A DNA stretch of 64,000 bases from the NCBI RefSeq assembly GCF_001194135.2, contig NC_068988.1, positions 2,881,288 through 2,945,287 of the forward strand. Direction: 5' to 3'. Origin of the DNA: Octopus bimaculoides. Lineage: Eukaryota. Position numbers and translations under genes: made by a program. Below are positions 39,067 to 52,039 of the stretch, piece after piece; positions within the stretch are counted from its first letter, which is position 1, and the number at the start of each line of letters is the position of its first letter. A model generated the notes under the pieces. That model was not told the origin of the DNA and made no database searches. It was given only the letters and a program-made list of their open reading frames with translations.

Positions 39067-40384
39067 CACCAGACAAGAGATAAAAGCCCAATGTTATTTT
39101 GTTTGTCTATTAATTATCGTTTTATGGTTTTTTCATAATTATAATTTCATTTTGATGTTTGTTTTACATTAAAGAAATTGAAGGGAAATAATGAGAAAAA
39201 AACAAACAAAACAGTTTATTGTTGTTTGGTATAACACAATGAGTTTATAAATTTAATGTGTGTATGTATGTGTGTGTGTGTGTATTTGTGTGCAGTACGT
39301 ATAACACACAGATGCATGCACTCAGACACACACACACACAAGCACATAAATAGAGGATATAATACTGGAATACCAAAGTTAGAATGAAATATGGTGTTTT
39401 ATTGAAGCTTAAAAACTTCACAATTTGTTGCTCAAAGTTTGATGTAAGTAATCATCAGGGAGTAGTCTTCTGTCTGATGATAGGTTGTGTGAAAGTCTGA
39501 ATTACAGTTTCTGAAGTTCTTTAGCTTTAATATGACACTAGTAAGATAGATAGAGAGAAAAGACAGGCAGAAATAAAGAAAGACAGACAGATAGACAAAC
39601 AGACAAATAAAAAAAATTGATAGATAGAGAGTTAAATAAATAGACAGACAAATATCAGAGATGTATTGTCTGTGTTAGCAAGGTAGGCAGTGCCTGCCCA
39701 CATTAAACTCTAGATATTATTTGATACAAGAACCATATTAATTCCCATTCATTACAAACATATATAGGTTAATGCATGGAATAGAGGGTGTGATTCAGTC
39801 CATGGCCTGTATTTTGACATAAGATAGACATAATTTCTTCCTTGCACCTTTTAACTTCAATGTTTATAAAAGATGTAACACTTCTGAAACCAACTGACGT
39901 GTGTTCAGTTCCATTAGGCATTATATATGAGAAAAAAAAGGGCAGATTTCTTGGTGACAATTTCACTCAGTTCTATTAAAGAGTGTTGAAGACTGGATAT
40001 GTATTACACAGTATATCATTGGTGGTGGCAGCTTTATCTGTTGGCCTTAAATTTAAAAATGTCAACCATATCAGTCACAGAAATGATTGAATACAAAATT
40101 TAGACTCATATAATACTAAAGCAACATAGATTTAAATTTTTACCTGCAGCAGTAAATGAATATTAATTAGCACGCCCAAATTAACCTGGATGTGTTGTTT
40201 ATCAAATCATAAACTGCAGTAAATGTCTTGAGAAGTCTTCATGTACGTCAGAGGTTCTTGCTATTTTTTGTTTATGGACACCTCTTTGATTCCTATTCTG
40301 TTGGGGTGGACCCTCATAAAAATCCCATTATATTTTAATAATTAAATATTACAAGAAATTGTATTCTTTTTCTTTTACTGCTAC

Positions 40385-40581
40385 TTTACTCTTTTACTTG
40401 TTTCAGTCATTTGACTGCGGCCATGCTGGAGCACCGCCTTTAGTCGAGTAAATCGATCCCAGGACTTATTCGATGTAAGCCTAGTATTTATGCTATCAGT
40501 CTCTTTTGCCAAATCTCTAGGTTACGGGGATGTAAACACACCAGCATCGGTCGTCAAGCCATGTTGGGGGGACAAATACAG

Positions 40582-40626
<45 letters not shown>

Positions 40627-40790
40627 TACGACGGGCTTCTTTCAGTTTCTGTCTACCAAATCTACTCACAAGGCTTTGGTTGGCCCAAGGCTATAGTAGA
40701 AGACACTTGCCCAAGGTGCCACACAGTGTGACTGAACCCTGAACCATGTGGTTGGTAAGCAAGTTACTTACCACACAGCTACTCCTACAC
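40385..40790 (-). mobile_element. Family B SINE, full length, relatively young
   Basis: Retains CpGs (GACTGCGGCCATGCTGGAGCACCGCC); complete head to tail. Confidence 0.9.
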
Positions 40791-42397
40791 ACAAAATTGT
40801 TAAAACATTTTGTGTGTTTTAGATGTATAAGTGATTTATTGCCCATATATTCATCAACAAAATCATATATTAACCCAAAGGTGACAAATGGGCCCCAGTT
40901 GAAAACCTTTAGTGTTGATAAGTGATTCAAAATAGCCGAATAGTTAATTTAGTCACATAATGATGGATAGCAACTAGAGCTAGTGAAATTCACAAGCCCA
41001 GAGAATTGAGACACCCTTATATGGGATTGAACTTAGCTCTGCATGCTAACGTATCAGTTGTTAATATTGTGATTGTATCCTCTTCCATAAAAAGTGATCA
41101 TGTGCAAAAGTTAGAAATCAATATTCTTATAATGCAGCTATTCACAATAACAGAATCATTTTGTTTCTATCACGCTGTTGATATTTACAGCAAGGTAGAT
41201 GGGACCATTTGAGAATTCAGTGTTTTTACAGCTGCATACAATACAGAAACTAGCCAAATATCACAAGCATTTGCTCTGTAAGCTGGTTGTCTGATGCTCA
41301 GTGAATATGAGTGTATATATTCAAATGTTTACGTTTGTGTATGTGCCTTTGGCTTCATTGTCCCCATTCAAAAGTGGGAGCTGCTTTACCAGCTTATCCA
41401 TCACTGCTGTTTATTAACGGCCATTCAGCTAATGAAGAACAAACTCTCCTACATCTGACATACATCAGTCATAAACAACATTGGGAAATTTGCCAGCAAG
41501 CTTTCGCCATGCATATCTGTAGCCAGTTTAGTTTTAAACAGGTTAGTATTAACATATCTAATGCAGGGAGAATGGAATAGATCACATGAAACACCATTAC
41601 GCGATAAGGAAAATGTAAAATGACAAGTCAATGCTAAAAATTATTTTCATCGAATGCTGTGAGTGAGCCATAACCTGATACTGTGGTCTTTCACTTCGTT
41701 GCTGTATAAGAAAAACACAGGACGTTTGCTCAATGTGAAGAGAGTTTGATCAAAAGCCTCCATGATCAAAGTAAGTTTCAGTTTAAACAACAAAGGTAAG
41801 TTTATGTGGTCACTTATCATTCTAGAAATAGCAACCAAATATCTTTCGAATAATGCTGTCTAACAAAACAGAAGCTCACAATGGATAATGTAATCCTTGG
41901 TATATTATTCCCAGAAAACAAAAAAGTGGGTAGTTAATGGCTTAAAAGTATTTGTGCAAAGGTCTGCTGGGTCAGCATTTATTTGTGGTCTAAACAACAA
42001 CAAAAGCAATAACAACAACAACAATCTCGATGATCAAATATGCAGGCAATATGAAAGAGCTGCAAATGTTGCTAGGATATCTTTTATGAGTATAATGTCC
42101 CATACATAGTGGAGAGGCTCTTGCACTGCATTAAAAATAATCTCTTGAAGATTGTAAATCATATACAAATTAATTCAAAGATTTACCACTAATAAACCAA
42201 ATCAGAAGATATTTATGATTTCTTAAATTAACCATTTATGAAGGTACAGAATTCAATACATGAAGAATGTCTCAACATTTGGTCCAGTGATAGCGCAGCT
42301 AAGTACTTCATAAAGTTTCCTTACAAGAAGAATTACTGGACTCTGCAGATATAATATATACAATGCATATATGTTGTTATTGCCATTCCACATGTTA

Positions 42398-43495
42398 TCT
42401 CTCTATATATAGAATTCTTTGTCTTTCTGTCTGTTCCCCATGCATTCTCAAATGGCTCAACCAAATCAAATCAAATTTTGCAAGGTAAGAGTATCACATC
42501 CTGCGAGTGTCAACATGAAATTCTTTTTTCATTTGGATTAGAACAATATAACATTGGCACTGGTTCGATATTAGGTGTCAAAAGTCAAAGAATAAAAGTG
42601 AATGAATAAGATCTAAATTGTAATGTGATACATTATTTCACTTTTATACTTTCACTTTTAATTCTAAAGCCGACGACGATGTCACATTTTGTATATGACT
42701 GTGTAGTTGTCTGTGAGTGTATCAGTGTGAATACGTCTGTCAGTGTGTGTGTCTTTCCATGTTAGATATATTATTAAATACACAAACACATCTACACATA
42801 TATATATACATATGTGACGACTGACATGTGTAAATGCATGCTTGTATGTGTCTATCTTACTATATGCATATGAGGCCTGGCCAGTGTCAATATAAAATTT
42901 TATTTTCATTTCGAGTAAAACAATATAACATATCATAGATATGATCTTTCTATAGTCAACAGGACATTTTATACCACGATGACGATGACAGCATCACATT
43001 TTGCATATGACTATGTATCTGTCTGTGAGTGTATGTGTGTGAATGTATGAGTGTGTATATCCATCCCGTTCTTATAAAATTCATAATTCTGTCCAAATTG
43101 GTGTCTACACTCAAACTGTTGTTTCTGTAAAGCTTTAAAATTTTCAAATGAAACGAATGGCATGTGCTGCTCAGGTGGTAAGGTAAGATTGCCAACACTA
43201 GATGTGGCATCTCAAATTGTAGGTGCCCTAAGTATGATAAATAAAGGATGTCAGAAATATCTAGATAAAATCCCAGGAGAACCATGTCTCAGAAAAATCC
43301 CTAAGGTTGTGCTGACAAGTACTACCCACATCCTAAGGAAACTCCTATCAATTCAAATGTCTGTGTTGTATTACATGAAGATATTTCGCCACTGCCCATG
43401 CAACTTCCCCCCACCTCAAGCTTTCAGTCATACTGTAACATCTCTTATCTTTCACTCACCTCAGGACACTGGGTGTGTTTTGGCAAATGATTGTA
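42398..43495 (+). mobile_element. Helitron 5' part with RepHel N-terminal remnant
   Basis: A|TC start then TCTCTATATATA and GTCT repeats; CCFCKALKFSNETNGMCCSGGKVRLP at 43117-43194 matches the Helitron C..C.ALKF..E..GMCC..GKV.LP motif. Confidence 0.8.
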
Positions 43496-43496
43496 A

Positions 43497-43765
43497 CAAA
43501 CATGCAGAACCGCTAAGTTACGGGGACATCAACACACCAACATTGGTTGTCAAGCGATGGTGTAGTGACAAACACAGACACACACACACATATATGTACG
43601 ACGGGCTTCTTTCAGTTTCCATCTACCAAATCCACCGCCAAGGCTTTGGTGGGCCCAAGGCTATAGTAGAAGACACTTACTTGCCCAAGGTGCCAAGCAG
43701 TGGGACTGAACCCAGAACCATGTGGATGGGAAGCAAGCTTCTTACCACACAGCCACTCCTGCACA
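43497..43765 (-). mobile_element. Family B SINE
   Basis: Antisense head and body. Confidence 0.85.
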
Positions 43766-43778
43766 TATATATGTTGTG

Positions 43779-43821
<43 letters not shown>

Positions 43822-43961
43822 ATGACCTTGAACCCACAAGAGTAAACAAGAGAGACAGAGACAGGCAGAAACAAGGAAAATGCCCCTTATATTTGAATAC
43901 TATGCAAATATTCTTTTATAAAACTTTTCATTTAATTTTCCCAAAATTTAATTGTTTACCA

Positions 43962-44007
43962 TATTTAGAGTTGAAAAAGTCTCAATGACCGAAATCGGTA
44001 CTAAAAT
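43962..44007 (+). ncRNA. Degenerate hammerhead-like motif
   Basis: TTGAAAA-AGTC-TCAAT-GACC-GAAA-TCGGT-A-CTAAAAT; core is off-consensus at C3 and G8. Confidence 0.3.
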
Positions 44008-44055
44008 GTTTTTTATAAAATTATCTTAGCATTTCTTACCTTCACCTTTTTTTCC

Positions 44056-44056
<1 letters not shown>

Positions 44057-44148
<92 letters not shown>
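44057..44148. repeat. (TA)n microsatellite, about 92 bp
   Basis: Direct reading. Confidence 0.97.
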
Positions 44149-44149
<1 letters not shown>

Positions 44150-45119
44150 CACAACATCTAAGTCAGCTTGGAAATAAAGACTGCCATTTTGTATTAATAC
44201 TGCATCTGTCACTATTAATTATATATGTATGTATATGTGTATCTCTCTATACATATGCTTCAAAGAAGATCAATGTATCAAAGAATACTGAATACATTAG
44301 AGACGTTTTGCTTTGTTAGGCCAACAGTTCAAGTCCTTAAGGAGTTATTTGGCTAGCTTTTCCTTTATCCCTGAGGCTTGTGAAATAATTAAAAATTAAA
44401 TACTGATATAAGTACAATTATCTAAACACATCTCCAACCAGAAATATATTTTAGTGAGGAATGGTAGTTTCTGAAAATTAATTTTTGTTTTTGCCATCCG
44501 TCCAATATATTAGGAAAAGCCATCATTAAGCATATTAAATGCCATTTAGACAGCAATGCTTGTCTTCAATGTTGAAATGACTGTGAAGAATTTTTTTAAA
44601 AAATCACTTTGATTCTCTGTGTAATACATAATAGATTCCTAACCTGTTAACCTTTTACTCTCTCTCCTGCAGCATTCCAACAGAGTAAAAGTATTTAACT
44701 CAGCTGTGCCACCTTGAAGCCAAACATAATTTTCTCTTCATTGGAAACCAGGTTATTTTTTCCTAATCAATCAATTTTTCCTTTAAATTCAGCCCCTTCA
44801 GTAATATTGGCTGGTGTTATTGGAAATTGTTCAGCAACAATTCTATCATAATTTTCTGATTCTTTCCTTTCATTTACATCATTAAGTTTTGGCCCATGAT
44901 TGGAAATTTCAAAATTAATCATTGCTCACCACAAATGGCAAAGATATCTATATCCATTCCATGAGTTCTTCTTTTGTTTTTTTTTTAGTCAGAAAATAGA
45001 AGTGAAATGATCTCATTGATTAAGTATTGAACTATTGGCTCATGCATTTGAAGTTCATATCCTTGGAACACATTTCGGTGTATTTCTGAACAACATTCTT
45101 TATTCTATTTTGCCTGGAC

Positions 45120-45264
45120 ACAGGTGTGGCTGTTGTGCTTAGGAATTTCATTATCAAACGTAAGGTCTCAGGTTCAATACCAATACAAGTGTCTTCTTCT
45201 GTAGTTTCAGGCCAACCAAAGCCATATGAGTAGATTTGGTTGGAAGAAACTGAAAAAAGTGTGC

Positions 45265-45275
<11 letters not shown>
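45120..45275 (+). mobile_element. Decayed family B SINE 5' part
   Basis: GGTGTGGCTGTTG..GGTTCAATACC..CAAGTGTCTTC..GGAAGAAACTGAAAAAAG. Confidence 0.6.
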
Positions 45276-45300
<25 letters not shown>

Positions 45301-45329
45301 ACATGGTTTGCTCTCGGGTCATGTGTGAA

Positions 45330-45990
45330 ACTGAATTGCTACCATCTTATTGTGTTTCTGGACAAAAGCAACACTGTGCTGTATGGAGGTGGTTGACTTT
45401 GTTATCAGCAATAAGTGTTAGATATTCTAGGAATATTCAACCTCAAACCAAAGCCAACACCATACTGAGACTCTGGGACAATAATGGAACTGGAACATGT
45501 GTCTGTGAGTGATTGAGAAAAAGTTTGGGGAATAACGTTTGTTAAAAATTGAGCAGATGATTAACTAAATTCCATTTGTTACTGTCTTGTGGACATCATG
45601 TGCCTTCTTTCACTATTAATGCCCCAACTCTTCATTTAATCGAAGAATTTTTATCTCTTTCCTATGAGAATCTCAGAAACACCATTCTTTCTACTTTTAC
45701 TGGTTACCAATTCTTTCTGTTTGGTAATTTTAATGCCAGGGTAGGTTGTGATTGTAGAACAACCTCATTGTGTTTCTGCCAGGTTGAAAATCCATTTTGA
45801 ATACGAGAGTCACTGTTGATGAAGTCTTTGAGGAAATTCCATGCTACATTTGTCACAAAATATTCAAAACAAAGTTAGGGATACGTAGTCATGTGAAAGC
45901 CCATTGCAGAAAAGTTAACAAATCTGTAATAGGCATATGTCTGCAAGGATAAAATGGTTATGCTAATAATTGAATTGACAGCCACCATAA
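45330..45990 (+). mobile_element. Internally deleted RTE/BovB-like LINE (endonuclease fused to terminal zinc finger)
   Basis: INAPTL and LFGNFNARVG (APE) followed within about 100 bp by CYICHKIFKTKLGIRSHVKAH (45842-45904). Confidence 0.65.
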
Positions 45991-46185
45991 ATAGTTGCAC
46001 AGATATATCTAAAAGAGAAAAGGTGTTTTACTGTCTAAGCAAAAAGAACTTGGACATTCCCTAATGGCATCAGTGCTATCTGGCATCTCTGGAGAGAGAG
46101 AGTGAAACTAACAGAAGTTACCAAAATCAATGTAAATACTAAATAACAACTGATGAAAGCATTGTCACACAATGGAAGCAATATC

Positions 46186-46420
46186 ATTATCATCGTTTAA
46201 CGTCCATTTTCCATGCTGGCATGGGTTGGGCGGTTTGACTGAGGACTGGCAGGCTTGGGAGTTGCACCAGGCTCAAATCTGATCAGACAAGGTTCCTACA
46301 GCTGGATGTTCTTCCTAAAGCCAACCACTCCGAGAGTGTAGTGGGTGTTTTTTACGTGCCACTGGTAAGGGTACCAGTCAGGCGGCACTAGCATCAACCA
46401 TGTTCAGATGGTCCTCTTTA
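46186..46420 (-). mobile_element. Family A retroposon
   Basis: ATCATCGTTTAACGTCCATTTTCCATGCTGGCATGGGTTGG... Confidence 0.85.
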
Positions 46421-46849
46421 TGTGCTGTGGACAAATACTAAAAATATATATGCATACAGGTATATGTATTTGTACATGCCAAAATGTGTGTGGGCACACA
46501 GACATAGAAGAGTAGTGTTCATTAGTAAAAGAGAACAGAAACTATGATACTCGTTGGTAAAAAAGCAGTGGCAACTCTCTCAGTTTTATTCTCAGGAGAA
46601 ACATCGGTCACAGAAAAGATGCTGTCAGATCTTTGGCAGATTAACATAAAATCTGAATATTAGATGTGTTTGATATGCAGAAACAATGAAAATCATGAAC
46701 ATCCATGAAATAAAGTTTGTTGAACTTTCCAGATGGTCTATCTGACGTCATTGATGATTTATATTAACTTGGTCAGTGATTCTCTGATCGACAAATATCA
46801 GGTCTCCAATAATATTAGTAAAATATTTTGACTTCTTTATTAATAGACA

Positions 46850-46990
46850 AGGCATGACCTCGTGGCTAAGTAAATGAGGTGCCGATCATAAGGACATAGA
46901 TTCTGTCCCTTGCTTTATAGTCGCAATGTGTCCCTAGGCAAGAAACTTTACTTCATGTTGCTACAGTTCATTCAGTGAGAAAACATGAGT
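46850..46990 (+). mobile_element. Family E SINE (decayed)
   Basis: GTGTCCCTAGGCAAGAAACTTTACTTCATGTTGCTACAGTTCATTCAG CORE-like domain. Confidence 0.55.
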
Positions 46991-47825
46991 GTTAAGATTA
47001 AGAGAGGGCCTGGTCAGCACCTGGTCAGTATGACAGCATTTATATTCCAGTGGCCTGACCCAAATACATTCAGGCATGAAACAGGACACATCTAGCAGTA
47101 GACTGTTGTATTCTGCCTTTAACTTTCACCTTTTATTAATGAGAAGACAAAATAGAGTTTATATCTATCTCATAATTCTTCTTTCTTCAACCCTGGTTGT
47201 AGACAAGTTTAACAAGTTTAAATCCACCTGAAATCACAGTTGCATTAAATATAGCAATGTGTTTTCCCCATTATCACTCTTTCTCCTCTCACCAAGAGAA
47301 ACATTGTTGACTTATGTGGCATGCACCCTGACCAGAACAGAGCTGTGACGAAATGTTATGAAATAAAGTAAGAAAAGAGTGAAAAGAATTCATGGAGTCA
47401 ATTCCTTTTCTGTCTTTATCACTTTTTAACCACCAGGCCTAAGACCATGCTGTAGCACTGCCTTTACCCCTGTTCATAACAGCTTCTATTTTTGTTCAAA
47501 AAAAGTAGAATGATAGCAACATGAGTAAGAAGTAATGAGACATGGATATTAAATGTAGAAGAGCTACAATGAGTGAAGGGAAAGGCGCTTGGTATGATTG
47601 GTGATGGGGGATGGATAATGAGGGCTGGGTATTAAAAAAAATAGGTGTGAAGTGTCTGTGACAGAGAATGCATATGGAAGATGTGAGAAGAAATGGTGAG
47701 ATGGAATCTCAGGAGATGAAATAATGCAGTCTCTCAATGAATGGCAATTTACCATAATTGCACAACAATCAATCATATGCTAACATGCAAGAATCAATGG
47801 TTTGGCTGAAGAGTAAGATAAGAGT

Positions 47826-47966
47826 GTGTGTATGTATGTATGTATGTATGTATGTATGCATGTATGCATATATGCATGTATGTATGTGTGTGTGTATGTA
47901 TGTATGTATGTATGCATGTATGTATGCATGTATGTATGTATGTATGTATGTATGTGTGTGTGTATG

Positions 47967-47998
<32 letters not shown>

Positions 47999-48175
47999 TG
48001 CATATATGTATGTATGTGTGAATATATGCATTTATGCATGTATGTATGTAAGTATGTATGTATGTATGTATGGAGGATGGAGGTATGTATGTATGTATGT
48101 GTGTGTATATATGTATGCATGCATGTATGTATGCATTTATGTATGTATGTATGTAAGTATGTATGTATGTACTCA
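47826..48175. repeat. Compound (TATG/CATG/TG)n array, about 350 bp
   Basis: Direct reading. Confidence 0.95.
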
Positions 48176-48409
48176 CAGACACATTTATACATTACATAAA
48201 ACTCACACCTACATTTATGAATCTTCATAGAAATATACAGTTTGATAGATAGATTGATTGATGCATTTATTCAATATTCTAATTTTTCTATATTTCATTT
48301 TTGTTTCTGAAGTTATAATGATTTCTCCATTTATATAGCATATATATACTTATACATACATGTGCATGAATATATATATACATACATACATATATATATA
48401 AATAAATAA

Positions 48410-48483
<74 letters not shown>

Positions 48484-48500
48484 ATATATATATATATATA

Positions 48501-48510
48501 NNNNNNNNNN
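48501..48510. other. Assembly gap
   Basis: 10 N in an (AT)n tract. Confidence 0.99.
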
Positions 48511-48571
<61 letters not shown>

Positions 48572-49538
48572 GTACATACACACAGAGGCATATATATATT
48601 ATATATGCACACGTATTTATGTACCTAACATATGTATATGTGTATACATGAAAACTGTGTGTGTGTGTGCGTGTGTGTTATCATTTATTATACTTACTAA
48701 ATATGTCATATCTAATTGTGTGTTTTGTTTTATTCTTCTAAGGAACTCGTACCAGGCAGTTATTGAAAGAAAGAGAAATTATTAGTTTAACTCCATTAAG
48801 ATAAGAAAACTGCATCTACAGGAAATTGATGACATTACTCATTAAAATTATATGATTAGAATGTAGCAAAGTGAATTAATAACAAATTTTAGTCTCGGCC
48901 AATGACATCCTCTGCGTAATATTCAAACATAAGAGAAAGCAGATTTTATCAAGCAAACATCAAACATCAGTGGAGATGGCAGTTTTCTTTATATTTTTCA
49001 AACCCAGAATTACAGTAATAAATCAGTAAATTGGTCTTTGTAACAAGCAGTAACTCTCGGTCATTGATTGAGTCAGTTCATTTTATCTTAACTGCAGCAA
49101 AAGACAAAAGAGAAATAGCCTGCAATTTGTGAGAAAATTGAATGCACCATGTTTCTAATATATTCACCATTGATTTGACCTGGCTCTCAATTCAAAGCTT
49201 TTCAATCAACATCTTTCTTTAAAATATGTATAAACAAATTAATATCCTCACACACTAACATTCTTTTTCTCACACAAGTACTTTGTTAAAATTGATTTTT
49301 TTTTTGATACTATAAATTGAAAGTTATTTTTAAGCATGTTTGTCAAAATGTAACCACCCGAGTTGATAAGTTGGTTAGCATTTTTATTTCTTGTAAATTA
49401 GAAAGTTTATTTGTGGCATCCTTTTTTTCAAGACTGATGCCAGACAGGTAGGATACCAAAAATATTACCAACCAATATGCAAAATTTGCTTGCATATAAG
49501 AAGCAAGATATTGAGTGCCTGTAACTTTCTCAAAGCCA

Positions 49539-49598
<60 letters not shown>

Positions 49599-49608
49599 NN
49601 NNNNNNNN
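49599..49608. other. Assembly gap
   Basis: 10 N after a (CA)n tract. Confidence 0.99.
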
Positions 49609-49635
49609 AACGTATATATATATATATATATATAT

Positions 49636-49669
<34 letters not shown>

Positions 49670-50082
49670 GATACTTAAATAGATTAATTATAGGATTCAA
49701 TAGAATCTTGGCACATCAATAGGTAGGATGCCAGAAATGGCTTGGTACAATAACATAGGATTCACCGGGAAGTAAAACAACCATGAAGATATCGGGTTTT
49801 GACAGGGTGCTATAGATATGTAAGTACAAAATCCAATTTAAACCACAGATTTGATTCAGGGATGGTTCTAGTGTGACATAGGTAAAAAAAAGAACACGAA
49901 TGAGGTTTAAAATTTGTGACAGCTGTTTCAATAGTATTTTATTGATGTATTCATAGATCACATCATATATAAGATGGAGAGTTTTATGCTATGATGTAAT
50001 ATATGAATAAACTGATAAAATTGTACTGAAACAGCTATTATAAGTTTTAAATCCCTCTTGCAGTTCTTTCATAGATATATAT

Positions 50083-50150
50083 ACTAGCAGCTAAACCTGG
50101 TTTCATCAGGCCCGTTTAGATGATGTGGCTGTGATCGTTTTCGGTTAGGC
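50083..50150 (-). mobile_element. Helitron-like 3' terminus
   Basis: CTAG at 50084-50087 flanked by T on the minus strand; CCTG..CAGG hairpin at 50096-50110. Confidence 0.5.
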
Positions 50151-50502
50151 ATAATCAATAACAGTGTTTCTCAACCTTATCATTTCAGGTCCCCTGTTTC
50201 GATTGGAGCCTTTAGCTGTTTGAAGATTTCATCAACCTCCAGTCACAAAATGGCTTCAGGAGTTGTGAAGAAAGAATTTGTGCGTAATCTGTTTCTGAGG
50301 GCTATTCTATTGGATATATGTATAATCATTAAAACATTTATTTAATTATGAACAAAGAAAGAAATTATACATTAATCCCAATTTTTGTAAGCAGTTGTAT
50401 CTGTAAAAATTTTATTTGCAGAGAGCAGAAATTGAAAGATATATGAAATGGACGTGCATGTGTGTGTGTGTGTATGTGAGAGAGAAAGATGGTGAGAAAG
50501 AG

Positions 50503-51021
50503 AAAGTAGCTCATCCTCAGATGTTTCCAGGAAATCCTCAGAATTTTCCAGGAAGACCAATCCTCGGAACTTTCCAGGAATTCCGTGGAACTTTCCATGA
50601 AGTGCCATCCTCGAAACTGTCCAGGAAGTAGCTCATCCTCAAATGTTTCCGGGAAATCCTCGAAAATTTCCAGGAAGTACCACCATCGGAACTTTCCAGG
50701 AAGTAGCTTATCCTCGGATATTTCCAGGAAACAAGCGGAACTTTCCAGGAAAGACCATCTTTGGAACTTTCCAGGAAGTAGCTCACCCTCCGATATTTCA
50801 AGGAAATCCTCAGAAGTTTCCAGGAAATATCACCCTCGGAACTTTCCAGGAAGTAGCTCGTCCTTGGATCTTCCCAGGAAATCCTCGGGACTTACCAGGA
50901 AGTACCATCCTCTGGACTTTCCAGGAAATACCTCATCCTCGGATCTTTCCAGGAAGTACATCATCCTCTGATCTTTCCAGGAAGTCCTCGGAACTTTCCA
51001 GGAAGTCACCCCGGAACTTTC
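50503..51021. repeat. Minisatellite of 21-28-bp TTCCAGGAA units forming a 75-bp higher-order repeat
   Basis: GTAGCT anchors at 50628, 50703, 50778 and 50853 (exact 75-bp period); 15 TTCC(A/G)GGAA. Confidence 0.95.
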
Positions 51022-51368
51022 TTTACAGTTTCTACTCAAATTCTACTTGGAAGGTATTAACAAAACAAAACTACTAGAAGACATTTGTGCAATGTACAGC
51101 ACTATGGGATTGTTGTGTCAACGCCCCCAAGCAAAGGAGTAGGATCACCCAAGACATATAAATAGAGGTAGTCTAGCCATGGTAGAGCAGTTGAGTAGCC
51201 GTCATGTAGCGGTTGAGTAGAGATCATTCGAAGGTGCTAGATAGCAGTAGCTTGAGACATAACAGGGATAGAACCCAGAAAACCATGGTTGAACAGCAAA
51301 CTTCTGAACCACATGTCTGCATCTGGACCATGATCTGTACATATACATGACATAGGCATGTCTATATT

Positions 51369-51428
<60 letters not shown>

Positions 51429-52039
51429 GTATTATGCATGTTTGTCTATAGGTGTATGTACACTTGCCCTAATGCTTATCTTATGGACAGAGAAAATTAA
51501 TTGTGGACAGAAACTGTCATTTCATGTGTTAAATCAATATTTAGATGAACGATGGATGCATCAGCCATACATATAAACCTTACGACTAAAATAACATGAT
51601 GCAACATCGTCCATACGATCGGTATTTGTATTACATAAGAAAATGAATTTGTATAAGAAATTTTAATTATTACAGAACATCTTAATGTAATGTAGACCTC
51701 TGAAGAATCCTTGCACACAATATTCTCTGCAAAGATTTACTTTCATTCTTTGTTTTATCACATTGCTAACTTCACTTCAATTTCCTATTCTAGATGTAGC
51801 TTAAAATTAGAACTTAGTCACGGAAAAGCAAAGCAGGAAATTAATTCATTCCTGCATTTGTTAGGGATTAATTTTTAATTGAAAATGGAAAAAACAAACA
51901 AACAAACAAATTATAAAATTAACTGCTTCTTTCTCTTTATTTTCATTCCATGCAGTGTTGCACCTTAGTCCATCCTTGGAGAAGAGACAATATGTATCTC
52001 AAGGTATACAACTCACCTCAATAATTTAAAGTTAGTTTC

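Noticed and set aside
39474-39500. CTGATGA-N10-GAAA-GTC hammerhead candidate
   Set aside because: No stem II, stem III or stem I pairing
43162-43845. Longest ORF (227 aa) as a host gene
   Set aside because: Chimera of a Helitron remnant, an antisense SINE and a microsatellite
44652-44720. Strong plus-strand acceptor (ctcctgcag) and a 10-bp hairpin
   Set aside because: All three frames stop within 45 nt, and the hairpin is too short for a pre-miRNA
46544-46663. 39-aa ORF containing LSDLWQ (kelch-like), with a good acceptor
   Set aside because: Stop follows immediately, no donor site, and the similarity is too short
47758-48230. Many overlapping MYVC/HTYI ORFs
   Set aside because: Tetranucleotide microsatellite translations
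50503-51021. CRISPR-like repeat-spacer array
   Set aside because: Spacers are short, mutually homologous and periodic; eukaryotic context and no cas genes
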